Shown piece after piece: positions 25,968-36,269 of a stretch of 64,000 bases of DNA. The DNA comes from Longilinea sp. (GTDB lineage: Bacteria; Chloroflexota; Anaerolineae; Anaerolineales; Anaerolineaceae): assembly GCA_017996955.1 (NCBI GenBank), contig JAGOFZ010000001.1, forward strand, positions 6,304-70,303. The letters run 5' to 3'. The notes under the pieces are model-generated. The model made no database searches and was not told where the DNA came from. It saw only the letters and a program-made list of their open reading frames with translations. How positions within the stretch are numbered: position 1 is the stretch's first letter; every line of letters starts with the position of its first letter. The translations under genes were made by a program, and so were the position numbers.

Positions 25968-28900
25968 TTACCGCACGATCACTGGCAGGAAGATAAACGC
26001 CCCCCCATCCACCACATTCAGAGTGATGGATACTGGCGTCACTGTATAGGGCGTTTCTGTGTTGATTAACAGGTGCGCTTCGTAAGTTCCCAGCGGCAGA
26101 GTGCCAGCGTTGATCAATACGCTCAGATCGGTGCTGCCATTGGCAGCCACCGCGCCGCTTGTCGGCGCCACCGACAGCCAGTTCACATCCGCCCAGGTAC
26201 AGGCGTGATCCTCACCCGAGGCGGTCTCCAACACCTGATTGGTGGCCTGATCGACAATCCACAACGACCCGCTGCAGCTCATTTCCAGGCCGCCGGCCGC
26301 ATAATCTCCCAGCCCCGGGATGTCATAGCGGCCCAGCAGTGCATAGTCTTGCGCCGGGTCCAGCACATAGACATCCGGTGCGCTGGCAGGGGCGCTTTGC
26401 AGCACGAACAAATGGCCGCTGTCCGGGTTGAAGGCCAGCCCGGCGATTTCCAGATCCAGGTTAATCGAGTCCAGCATCCGTCCATTGGTATCAAAGTGAT
26501 ACAGAATGGCGTCATTCCACGAACCAGAGTAGAACGTGTTGCTGCGCGGGTCATAGGTCAGCGCCCGCTGTGAGACTCCAAAGCCGGGGCACAGCTTGTT
26601 GCCGGTTGCCAGTCCGGATTGCGGGTCTAATTCGTAGATGCAGTCACCATCGGTCAGCCCCACCTGCCAGAGCATCCCCGTGCGCGCATTATAGGCCAGG
26701 TCGGCGGCCCACGGATCGGCGAAGCCGGTATCCATCACTTCACCCGTGGCTGAACCATCTACAAAATGGTGATTCAGCCCGTCGCCGCCGGTCGGGACAA
26801 TCGAGCCGATCCAGAAGCTGCCATCGGGCATTTGGCTCAGCCCCCAGACGCCCTGCAGACCGGTGTCAAAACTGCTCAACAGGTTACCCGCGCCGGCCCA
26901 ATCGGGTGCCGCCGGATAATCATGCAGGGGCACATATGCGCCAGTCGGTTCGCTCAGACGTTTGGGGCCCACGTGCCGCCCTGCTGCCGCAAAAGGCCCG
27001 GTAGGTTGCGGCACCGGCAGAGGCAGACCGCTCATTTCCAGCACGGTAAAGGGAGCTTCGGCGCCGCCGTTGTTGCTCAACGTGACGACTGCCTGACTCA
27101 GCATCCGCTGCCCCAGTGTTCGGGTGATGACAATCGGATCGGCAGTGATCTGCCCGGCTGGAATCAGCAGATCCAGCGCAGTGCCATCGTCCGGGCTCAC
27201 TGTCACAACTTGCTGCAGTGTGCCGTAACCGCCCGTATGCGTTGCCGTCACGGTCTGATGATCAGTGGGCACAAACAGGATGTAATATCCATCCCCAATG
27301 TTGGGGTCATCGGGCGTGGCAAACGAGACGGTTTGATGGGCTGCTGAACTGACAACAGTATCGTTCAACACCATGTCGGTGTTGGCATCCAGCGTTTGCC
27401 CTGCAATCAGACCGCCAGCCACAGCCACACACTCCGGCGCCTGACCAATCATCACATTATCCACCGCCCAGAAGAAATCAAACGAGCCGTTGCCATAATG
27501 GAAACGGATCTGCACATCATTCTGCCCGGCAGCCAGAGTTGAGATATCGATGGTTTCCGTGCGCGGCCCGCGGGCATCGCTGCTGCGGTACCAGGCATTA
27601 TGCCAGGTGGCGCCCGCATCATTGCTCACATCCACGCTGGCAAAGTCGCCGCTGCGGTAATCGTAATCGGTGTTGAACTGCAAATCCACGGTCGCCAGCG
27701 CGCTTAAATCCAACACTGGAGACTTGAGGATAGTGTCCTGATGTCCAGTGCCACCGTAAAAACCGCTGTCAATGATCGCGAATTCCCCGCTGCCGCCGGT
27801 GTTGTTCACCCGGTGGCCGGGGTTATCAAACCGCCAGACCTCGCCGGTCCCTTCCAGGTCTTCCACCGTCCAGCCTAATGGCAAAGCACCGGTTTCAAAA
27901 TTTTCAAACAACCCCGCAGATTCAAAGTGGTAGCCGGGGGCAGTGCAAAGCGTCAGGTCGGGCACCAGTGCAAAATTCACTGTACCGCCGCCTGTCGGGG
28001 CGGTCACCTGGCGTGTCTCCTCGGTGTATCCCGGCGTGATGGCTGTTACTGTGAAAGTGTATTCCAGCCCTTCCACCAGCGTGATGCTGTATTCGCCTGT
28101 AACCGGGTTGGTGAACACCGGGCTTTCACCCGCACCGCTGACTTCCACCCGGGCGTAGATCGGCATGCCCGCGTGGTCGCCGCCATCCGTCACCGTTCCG
28201 GTAATGACCGAAGCCGGGCGGGGCTGCAGGGCAAAGTTTTGTGTAGTGGTTTCCCCTTCATTGATCGTCACGCTGACCGTTTGCGGCAAGTACATTTCTG
28301 ACGATGCGGTGACATCATAGGTTCCTTCGGAAATCAAAGTGCTGTAACTGCCATCTGCCTCGGTCAGCAGCGAGTAATAACTCACTTCCACCGCAGCTCC
28401 CGGGATCGGTTCTCCCGTGTCGGCATCGGTCACCACGCCCTCCAGCGTGCCAGATGCAACCGGCGCGCAGCTTGGGAAGCGGAAGGAGCCAATTCGAGTA
28501 GCCCAGGTGCGGATGCCGGTGGTGGCATAATATTCCGAAGTCATCCAGAAGGTGCAGCCATCCAGCGGATCCACAGAGATCATGCTGTAATCCCCCCAGC
28601 GGTAGTAGGTGCTGGTGGATGAAGCCGGACCCTGATATAACTCTGCCTCACCCTGGGTCATTTGCCCCAGCGGGTCGGTTGCCAGCCGCCCGGCATAGCG
28701 GATTGCCGGGTGCATGGCCGCGCTGGATACGCTGTACACCAGCGCGATATTGCCGCCGGCGTCCATTGCCGCACTGCCCATCCAGCGGTGGTTGCCATCT
28801 GCCGGAGCAAAGATCCCTTGCTGATACATGTTATAGCCACTGCCGGTATCGCGCAGCTCAAACCAGTACACCCCGGCGCGGTCGCTGCCCACATCCACCG

Positions 28901-30083
28901 TCACATTGCTGACCAGCGTGGCATAGGTGCCAAAATTACGATACTGGGCGCGGTACATCGCCTGCCCCGAGATGGCATCCAACCCGGTTGTGGAGCCCAA
29001 TTGAGGGATGCAGTCTCGATCGCCGTAGCACATGTCGGGGTCCAGGTTAGAGGTCGCAATGGTCCGATTGGGCTGCCCGTTCAAACCAAAGGTCGAAAGT
29101 GATGTATTGACCCAATCGACATGAAACTCCCAGATATGAATGGCATCGCTGCTGCCGCCATCATCCCAGGAGAGGAAGTAATTGGGTTCGCCAGCCGGCG
29201 GCGGCGTGCCATCGTAATCAGAGGGTAGCAGCGCCCAGGCCCACGAGGTGGTATTGTTCAGGTTGAAGTACACCTGACGGGCGCTCAAACCCTGCAGCAT
29301 CCGCTCACGTTCATACACCACCACACCCACCCCATAATCGCCATAAAACTGGTTGGCGCTCATATAATAGCCATCCGGCCAGACGCCGAACTTGGGGTAA
29401 TCGTTCATCACCGAGTTGCTGTACAGGAACTGGTACCGGTGCCAGGCGCCGGTTGGGTCAGCGGTCTGTGAAACCGCCATACACTGGTAATACGGTTCGT
29501 TAACTGAGAACTGGCTGATAAACCACCGTCCCGCCAGTTCATCATACAGCACAATCGGGTCGCCGCTGTTGGTCGTTTCACACGGGCCGCCAAAGCCCGA
29601 CCAGATGGTATTGCCGTTTACCGGGCCAAAAACGCTGTTCCCGGCTTTATCCCAGATTTGCAGCGACAGGTTGACCCACTGCATATAGTGATTGGGCCCC
29701 ACATCGCCGTTGGTGTCCGGCGGATGCACACTGTTGCGGCTTGGCACCCCGTCAAAATTGGTCAGCGGGGTGGGGATGGTTTGCAGTCCAAAATCGCTTT
29801 GCACAATTGCCGGGTCCGTAATGTTATTGATTCCGGCAGTTTCTTCAAACTGGGACCGCTGCGGGCTGTAGCGTTAAGGTGTTTCACCCTCGGGCGCGGG
29901 CAGCGGGGTCATATCAATCAGCGCAATCGAGGTGTCGTGCCGCAGGTCCGTGCTGACCTGTGGGGTCAGGGTCGGTTCAGCGGTCAGCGCCTCGGCTGAG
30001 GTTGGAACTGGCTGCGCCACCCCCAATAACAGCGCGGCCAGAACCAGAATGGTAAATAGCGAGAACCAGCGTTTATCGATCAT
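25968..30083 (-). pseudogene. Very large secreted multidomain protein gene interrupted by one in-frame TAA (29874-29876)
   Basis: ORF 29874..30083 encodes only a signal peptide plus linker (MIDKRWFSLFTILVLAALLLGVAQPVPTSAEA...). I verified that it is in the same frame as ORF 25968..29804, with a single TAA between them. The downstream part carries carboxypeptidase-regulatory-like repeats and a MAM-like block. Confidence 0.6.
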
Positions 30084-30102
30084 GTTTTGCTCCAGGTATG
30101 GG

Positions 30103-30130
30103 AAAAATAAGCCGGGGCAGTTGCCCCGGC
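30103..30130 (-). terminator. Intrinsic terminator after the alpha-oxoamine synthase-like gene
   Basis: Stem gccggggc/gccccggc (30111-30118 / 30123-30130). The minus strand continues with UUAUUUUU. Confidence 0.6.
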
Positions 30131-30132
30131 GA

Positions 30133-31236
30133 TTAAACAGAGATCAGTTCTGCCAGCGTTTTCACCAGCCGGTCAATCTGCGCCGGGGTATGCGTGGCAA
30201 AGATGGCAATTCGCAGCGCGCCGCCAACCGGGGTGCTGCTGTAGGTGGTCACGTGTGCCACGGCAATGCCGCGTTCAAACAGCCCGGCTTTGAGCGCCCC
30301 CAGGTCCAGGCCGGGGCGGGCCCCCAGGCATTGAATGGCAACCGGGGTATCGGGCAGCGCCCAGCCCAGCTCGCGCAGTCCGGCGCGGGCCTGCCGGATA
30401 TTCCGCCACAGGGCTTCACGGCGCTCGGGCTCTGACCGGGCAATCTGCAGCGCCTGCGCGGCCGCGGCCGCAATTGGCAGCGGTGGCGGGCTGACGGCAT
30501 CCGGCACCCGGGAATGGCTTTCCAACTGCTTCATTTGATCAGCGCTGGCGGCAATCAGGCCGCCAAATCCGCCCAGCGCTTTGCTCAGCGTCGCCGAACT
30601 GATGGCGCGCGGGCTGTCGATCCCCCAATAATCTAATGTTCCCCGTCCCTGCGGGCCAATCACCCCGGCAGCATGGGCATCATCCAGCGCCAGCCAGCCG
30701 CCATAGGGCTCCAGAATATTCATATAATCACGTGCCGGGGCAATTTCCCCGGAGATCGGGAAGACTCCGTCACTCAACACCAGCGGGCGCTGCCCGGCCT
30801 GCAACCGTTCCCGGCAGGCTGCCGCCAGGCTCTCGGGACTGCAATGCTCAAAGGCCTGCACCGGCTTGCCGGTTCCCCGGGCGGCATCCCACACGCTGAA
30901 ATGCGCCTGCCGATCAATAAAAACCACCTCATACTGATCTTGCAGACCCTGCACCAGGATGGCAGCCCCCAGGTAACCCGATGGCAAATACATTGCCCGT
31001 TCAGTTCCAAAAAATGCCTTAGCAGCGCCTTCCAGCGCATCGAATACCGGATGCTCGCCGTACCCCCCGCGGGATGTCGCCGTGCTGAGCCCGTACCGCA
31101 TCAAGGCCTCCGACGCCGCCTGCCGCACCCGCGGATCGTTCTGTAATCCCAGATATCCCGTGCCGGAGAAATAGTCAACTTCCCGCCCACTGATGACAGT
31201 GCGCGGCCCAACTGGCCCTTCCATCCTCACTGCCAT
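30133..31236 (-). CDS. Class II PLP aminotransferase, alpha-oxoamine synthase family (BioF/Kbl-like)
   Basis: DYFSGTGYLGL, LALDDAHAAGVIG and SATLSKALGGFGG (PLP lysine). Confidence 0.8.
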   Translation of the reverse strand: MAVRMEGPVGPRTVISGREVDYFSGTGYLGLQNDPRVRQAASEALMRYGLSTATSRGGYGEHPVFDALEGAAKAFFGTERAMYLPSGYLGAAILVQGLQDQYEVVFIDRQAHFSVWDAARGTGKPVQAFEHCSPESLAAACRERLQAGQRPLVLSDGVFPISGEIAPARDYMNILEPYGGWLALDDAHAAGVIGPQGRGTLDYWGIDSPRAISSATLSKALGGFGGLIAASADQMKQLESHSRVPDAVSPPPLPIAAAAAQALQIARSEPERREALWRNIRQARAGLRELGWALPDTPVAIQCLGARPGLDLGALKAGLFERGIAVAHVTTYSSTPVGGALRIAIFATHTPAQIDRLVKTLAELISV

Positions 31237-31239
31237 AGA

Positions 31240-32226
31240 TCAGTCGCCGATGAAGGTTGCGCCGAACAGGAAGCTGTCTCGCAGGCCGGCTACCGCCTGG
31301 ACATTATCCGTGTACACGCCGTTGCGGCTGCGTGAGGAGTGCAAAATCTCCCATCCGCCCAGGCTGATGCCCACATGTGTAATGCTGCGGCTTTCGCCCT
31401 GTTCACCAAAAAACAGTAAATCGCCCGGTTTGAAGGGGTATTCCACCTGTTTCCCGGCGTCATATTGCATATCGGCGTCCCGCGGGATGGTGATCCCAAT
31501 CCAGCGGTGAGCCAGTTGTGCCAGGCCCGAGCAGTCAATGCCGTGTGCGCTGCAACCGCCCCACAGGTACTGTACCCCCATCAATTGGAAGGCATCGGTC
31601 ACAATTTGCGCCCGGCGTTCTGCGGGGGTTTGCGGCAGCGCGTTCAGCGCCCGCAGGCTGTTCAGTGGCAGCCAGCCGCCGTTGGGGCCTTCAATTTGTG
31701 CCCATCCATTGCGGATGGACTGCACCGCCACATAGGTGCCGCCCAGCACACGACCGACAATCGCCGGGGCTTCGGGTTCCGGGTGCAGCAGGCTGATAGG
31801 CGCCAGCGCCAGATGGGTGGGCGCCGCCAGCGGGGTCGAGGTCAAATAGGGTAAATAGGCCCAGCCCAGATAACCATCGGTTTGCCGCACCAGGCCCCAG
31901 TTGCCCTTCTCTGCCAGAATTTCCAGTTCCATGCCGTAAAGCAGTTGGCTCACCTGTTCAGCCAGCCAGCCCGGCTCGCCGTGCAGGCTGGTCAGGTTCA
32001 CCCGCACCGCCCGCTGGGCATTCTCTGCCCGGCGCATCACCTGAACGCCCGAAACATCGGCGCCCAGTTGGCGCAGTTCAGCCAGTTGCCCGTCTTCCAG
32101 CACACGCCCGGTCAACCGCACCGGGTCGCCAGCTTCAACCTGCACATCAAAGATGGAAACACGCCGGTCAGCGTACCGACCGGCGATTTCAGCAATACCT
32201 TTTGTGACTTTTTCGAGCGCTGTCAT
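31240..32226 (-). CDS. NlpC/P60 (C40) peptidase with N-terminal SH3b-like domains (YkfC-like gamma-D-Glu-L-diamino acid endopeptidase)
   Basis: YLWGGCSAHGIDCSGLAQ (catalytic Cys) and a downstream ...ITHVGI... His. Confidence 0.85.
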   Translation of the reverse strand: MTALEKVTKGIAEIAGRYADRRVSIFDVQVEAGDPVRLTGRVLEDGQLAELRQLGADVSGVQVMRRAENAQRAVRVNLTSLHGEPGWLAEQVSQLLYGMELEILAEKGNWGLVRQTDGYLGWAYLPYLTSTPLAAPTHLALAPISLLHPEPEAPAIVGRVLGGTYVAVQSIRNGWAQIEGPNGGWLPLNSLRALNALPQTPAERRAQIVTDAFQLMGVQYLWGGCSAHGIDCSGLAQLAHRWIGITIPRDADMQYDAGKQVEYPFKPGDLLFFGEQGESRSITHVGISLGGWEILHSSRSRNGVYTDNVQAVAGLRDSFLFGATFIGD

Positions 32227-32229
32227 GGA

Positions 32230-33258
32230 CTATTTGCTTTCTTGTGATTTAAGCACCACGCCGATCCCAGGGCGGTCCGGAATGGTCACATTAGCCTTGT
32301 CGTCATATTTCAACCCATCAAATGGGTCGTTGGAGATCAGCATCGGGGCATCCAGGTCCAACCAGTCGGCCAGGCCCGCCAGGTGAGCCATGGCTGTGGT
32401 GCCCAGCGTGGTTTCAATCATACAGCCCAGCATCACTTTCATGCCCATTTCACGCGCCCGGCGCACCAGCCGCAGCGAGGGGGTCAACCCGCCGACTTTC
32501 ATCAGCTTGATATTGACGCCGCCAACGCCCGCCAGCCCCAGCTTTTCAACATCTTCCCAGGTCTGCACCGATTCATCTGCAATGATCGGCACCCGGGTCT
32601 TCTTCTGTAAAATGCCCATGCCCTCAATATCATCCCAGGGCAGTGGCTGTTCAATCATTTCCAGTTCATAGCGGTCCAGCGCCCGAATCCGTTCCAGCGC
32701 CTCATCCCGCGTCCAGCCCGAATTAGCATCCACGCGAATCTTAGCATCGGGGCGGGCTGCCCGAATGGCTGCCAGCCGGGCCAGGTCATCATCACTGCCC
32801 AGCTTAACCTTAATCATCGGGAACCCTTTGATGTCCGCCGCCATGCGCGCCATCGCTTCGGGCGTGTCAATGGCAATGGTGAAGGAGGTCGGCATGGGGC
32901 GAGGGCGGGGGACACCCAGCAGCCGGAACAGTGGTACGCCCTGAGCTTTGCCAATCCGGTCATACAGTGCCAGGTCAATTGCACAGCGCGCCGTCACGGG
33001 GCCTTCTTTGCCCACCCATTCTGGAATATCCGCCACGGTATTGGGGAGCGGCTCAGTTTTATTGGCCGCAGCTTCCCAGGTCGCCATCATGTCTTTCGGG
33101 TCAATTTTATAATAAGGTGCAATCGTGCCTTCTCCCCAGCCAGCATCTTCAGCCAGCCGAATCCAGAACGCTTCGCGGGTATCGGTAACCCCATAGGAGA
33201 GCCGAAACGGGTTGCGCAGCTTGAGTTCAAGACGTTCCCAGGTTAAATTTGGTGTCAT
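32230..33258 (-). CDS. L-Ala-D/L-Glu (dipeptide) epimerase, enolase superfamily (YkfB-like)
   Basis: MIKVKLG, RVDANSGW, IEQPL and IIADES metal/base motifs of the MR/MLE subgroup. Confidence 0.85.
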   Translation of the reverse strand: MTPNLTWERLELKLRNPFRLSYGVTDTREAFWIRLAEDAGWGEGTIAPYYKIDPKDMMATWEAAANKTEPLPNTVADIPEWVGKEGPVTARCAIDLALYDRIGKAQGVPLFRLLGVPRPRPMPTSFTIAIDTPEAMARMAADIKGFPMIKVKLGSDDDLARLAAIRAARPDAKIRVDANSGWTRDEALERIRALDRYELEMIEQPLPWDDIEGMGILQKKTRVPIIADESVQTWEDVEKLGLAGVGGVNIKLMKVGGLTPSLRLVRRAREMGMKVMLGCMIETTLGTTAMAHLAGLADWLDLDAPMLISNDPFDGLKYDDKANVTIPDRPGIGVVLKSQESK

Positions 33259-33340
33259 GGGGAATTTCCTTTGCTATTGGGGGAAGGTTTAACCGAAAAT
33301 GATGATATCACGATTGAGATTTTTGGGCAAGTCAATTTTC

Positions 33341-34090
33341 TTATGGAGCCAACTCCCACACCGTCAGCCCTGAGAAGGCAATGCTGACGGCTGTATCGCT
33401 GCCAGACCGCGCAAACAATCCCATCTGCCCGCTGGAAAAGCCATCATCTGTAACGCTGAATTGAAAGGCATCATTCACAAAGATCTTGATCTCAGCGCCC
33501 TGCATCCAGATGCCAATCCGGGCTGTCCCCGGCGCTCCCTGCGGCACATCTGCACTCGGCAGCCAATCCTGCAGAATTTTAATCCGCCCATTGTTCAGCC
33601 TTTCCAGGCGCAACTGTCCGTCACAGCGCAGCAGCAGCCGGTATGTATCCATCACAGAAGCCGCCCGGAACAACAGCCCATACTGATCCGCACTGCGGCA
33701 CAGGCTGGGTGTGGCTGTAATCTCAATATAACCATTCTGCAGCGCGGGCTGCCCCCGCAGCGCTGAAAGCGTCCCCCCCGCCTGAGAGATTGCCAGCGTC
33801 AGGCGGCGGTCTCCCAGAGCAATATTACCGGCTGGCAGGCTGCCCACCGGCCAGTCGCCAGCGCTGGTGAACCCGTCGCTAAAAATCACCTCGCCCAGTG
33901 CTGGCCGGACCTCGGATGTCGGCGACGGCTGGGATGTGGGCTGCGGGCTGGGTGTAGCCGTCGCCGGGAACCACACCACTGTGGGGGTGGCCGTTGGGGT
34001 CAGGGTGCTGGTTGGCGTGGGCGGCAGTTCAGTTGCCGCTGGCGTGCAGCCACTCAGTAGGATTAACAGCACCAATCCTGCTGCCAGCAT
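33341..34090 (-). CDS. Lipoprotein, jelly-roll/LamG-like C-terminal domain (function unknown)
   Basis: The start is set at MLAAGLVLLILLSGC (lipobox). The longer ORF up to 34324 overlaps purA and is rejected. Confidence 0.6.
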   Translation of the reverse strand: MLAAGLVLLILLSGCTPAATELPPTPTSTLTPTATPTVVWFPATATPSPQPTSQPSPTSEVRPALGEVIFSDGFTSAGDWPVGSLPAGNIALGDRRLTLAISQAGGTLSALRGQPALQNGYIEITATPSLCRSADQYGLLFRAASVMDTYRLLLRCDGQLRLERLNNGRIKILQDWLPSADVPQGAPGTARIGIWMQGAEIKIFVNDAFQFSVTDDGFSSGQMGLFARSGSDTAVSIAFSGLTVWELAP

Positions 34091-34103
34091 CCGCACCGCC
34101 CAA

Positions 34104-35402
34104 TCAGTCCGCCAGCCGGGCAATGATTTGCTCCCGTTCTGGCCCCACCGAAACCAGTGAGACTGCCACCCCGCTGATCGCTTCAACCCGCTGCACGTAA
34201 GCCCGTGCCGCCGCGGGTAAATCCTGCCAGCGCCGCACCTGGCTGACGTCCTCGCTCCACCCGGGCATCTCTTCATAAATGGGCTCAAATGGCGCCAGGT
34301 TGGCTGGCCCCAGGGGGAGTTCATCCACGCGCTGCCCGGCTTCGTGATAGGCTGTACAAATTCGAATCACCGGCAGCCCACTCAAAATATCCAGTTTGGT
34401 CAAAACCAGCTCGGTCAATCCATTCACCCGGACGGCATAGCGCAGCAGCACACCATCCAGCCAGCCCACGCGGCGCGGGCGCCCGGTGGTGGTGCCAAAC
34501 TCGTCCCAGGGATTGGCGCCCGTCCCCCGCAGCCGCGTAGACATGGTCTCATCCTGTTCTTCAGTCGGGAAAGGCCCAGACCCAACCCGGGTCTGAAAGG
34601 CCTTCGTCACACCAATCACGCGTCCTGGCGCCAGCATTCCCAATCCCAACCCGGGCAGTACACCCGCCGTGGTGGTGCTGGAACTGGTCACAAAAGGATA
34701 AGTCCCCAGGTCCAGGTCCAGCAAGGTGCCCTGGGCGCCTTCTGCCAGCACACGCGCGCCAGCTTTCAAAGCCTGATGCAGCAGCAGGCCCGTATCGGTC
34801 AGATAAGGGCGCAGTGCCAGCGCCGCCGGTAAATAATCATCAATGGCGGCCTTCACATCCAGCGGCTCGGCTCCCCAGGCCGTCAACATCCGGTTGGAAT
34901 CCACCAGCAGGCTTCGCAGGCGCTCGTTGAGGGTTGCCTCGTCCAAGGTATCCAGCAGCCGCAATCCGCGCCGGGCGGCCTTGTCGGTATAAGCCGGGCC
35001 AATCCCCCGTCCGGTTGTACCAATTTGAAGCTGCCCGCGCGCCCGTTCCTGGGCGGCATCCAGCGCCCGGTGTGCCGGGGTGATCAGGTGCGCCGCATAA
35101 GAAATTTTCAACCGCTCCGGGCTGGCATCTACCCCGGCGTCTTTCAACATCTGCACTTCCTGCAGCAGCGAAATCGGATTAATCACCACGCCGTTGCCAA
35201 TCACACCTTTCGGGCGCGGATGTACAATCCCAGAAGGCGACAGATGCAGCTTGAAGGTCTGCTGCCCTACGGTAACGGTATGTCCGGCGTTATCGCCGCC
35301 GTTGAACCGTGCCACCCAGTCGGCCTCTGCGGCTAACAGATCCACCACCCGGCCTTTTCCCTCATCCCCCCACTGTGCGCCTACCAGAATATCTAATGGC
35401 AT
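34104..35402 (-). CDS. purA: Adenylosuccinate synthase
   Basis: MPLDILVGAQWGDEGKGRVVD P-loop and GTTGRGIGPAY. GGAGG SD. The start is at the second of the ATGATG pair. Confidence 0.95.
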   Translation of the reverse strand: MPLDILVGAQWGDEGKGRVVDLLAAEADWVARFNGGDNAGHTVTVGQQTFKLHLSPSGIVHPRPKGVIGNGVVINPISLLQEVQMLKDAGVDASPERLKISYAAHLITPAHRALDAAQERARGQLQIGTTGRGIGPAYTDKAARRGLRLLDTLDEATLNERLRSLLVDSNRMLTAWGAEPLDVKAAIDDYLPAALALRPYLTDTGLLLHQALKAGARVLAEGAQGTLLDLDLGTYPFVTSSSTTTAGVLPGLGLGMLAPGRVIGVTKAFQTRVGSGPFPTEEQDETMSTRLRGTGANPWDEFGTTTGRPRRVGWLDGVLLRYAVRVNGLTELVLTKLDILSGLPVIRICTAYHEAGQRVDELPLGPANLAPFEPIYEEMPGWSEDVSQVRRWQDLPAAARAYVQRVEAISGVAVSLVSVGPEREQIIARLAD

Positions 35403-35484
35403 CATGCCCTCCAGAAAGATTTTTTGCAGCTTCAAGCCTATTATAAGCGACTTCACCCCTCAGACTGGTGATATAATGCAAAAC

Positions 35485-36267
35485 ATGAACCATAAACCCC
35501 TTTTCTCCGCGCTGGTTTTATTGGTCCTGATCCTATCGGCTGCCCTCCTCGCCGCACCTGTGCAGGCCAACCCGGCAGCTCAAATTTATTACTACACGCC
35601 CACACCGGGGCTGGATGGGCGCATCATTTATGTCATCAAAGATAACGATACCTGCATCAGCGTTTCGCTGACCAACAACATCTCTATGGATCAGATGCGT
35701 TTGCTCAACCCATCATTGAATGCCGATTGTGTGCTGATTCCGGGGCAGCAGTTGTTGCTGGGCGTCGTCACGCCGGAACCAACCGCCAGCGGTCCCACAC
35801 CCACCCCCACGCTGGCTCTGCCCACCCCAACCCCGCCCATAGGCACCGCCCAGGTCTGCGTGTATTTGTTTGACGATATCAATGGAAACGCCATGCCCGA
35901 GACCGGCGAACTGCCCCTGGCTGGCGGTGAAATCGTCCTGGCCGATGCAACTGGCAAAATTTCATTGAGCGGCGCCACGCTGGCCTCTGCCATTGAACCC
36001 TTCTGCTTTGCCGACGTAGAAGAAGGCAGCTACATCCTCAATGTCGGTATTCCCGATGGCTATAACGCCACCACGCGCACCACATACGAATTATCTGTGC
36101 ATGCTGGCGACGAATCTTTGATTGAATTTGGCGCTCAGATCAGCTCACAGGGCGGCACGCCCAATACAGGCGGCGAAAAGAAATCGCCGCTCCTGGGTAT
36201 TTTGGGTGCAGTTGTTGTGCTGGCTGGCATTGGACTGGCCTTTTACGCCAGCCGTCTCAAGCGCTAA
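35485..36267 (+). CDS. Secreted LysM-domain protein with SdrD/Cna-B-like domain and a C-terminal sorting-signal-like tail
   Basis: Signal peptide MNHKPLFSALVLLVLILSAALLAAPVQA. LysM segment YVIKDNDTCISVSL...LIPGQQLLL. The tail is TPNTGGEKKSP + hydrophobic stretch + RLKR. A TGATATAAT lies 7 nt upstream (an alternative ATG is at 35476). Confidence 0.75.
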   Translation: MNHKPLFSALVLLVLILSAALLAAPVQANPAAQIYYYTPTPGLDGRIIYVIKDNDTCISVSLTNNISMDQMRLLNPSLNADCVLIPGQQLLLGVVTPEPTASGPTPTPTLALPTPTPPIGTAQVCVYLFDDINGNAMPETGELPLAGGEIVLADATGKISLSGATLASAIEPFCFADVEEGSYILNVGIPDGYNATTRTTYELSVHAGDESLIEFGAQISSQGGTPNTGGEKKSPLLGILGAVVVLAGIGLAFYASRLKR

Positions 36268-36269
36268 AA

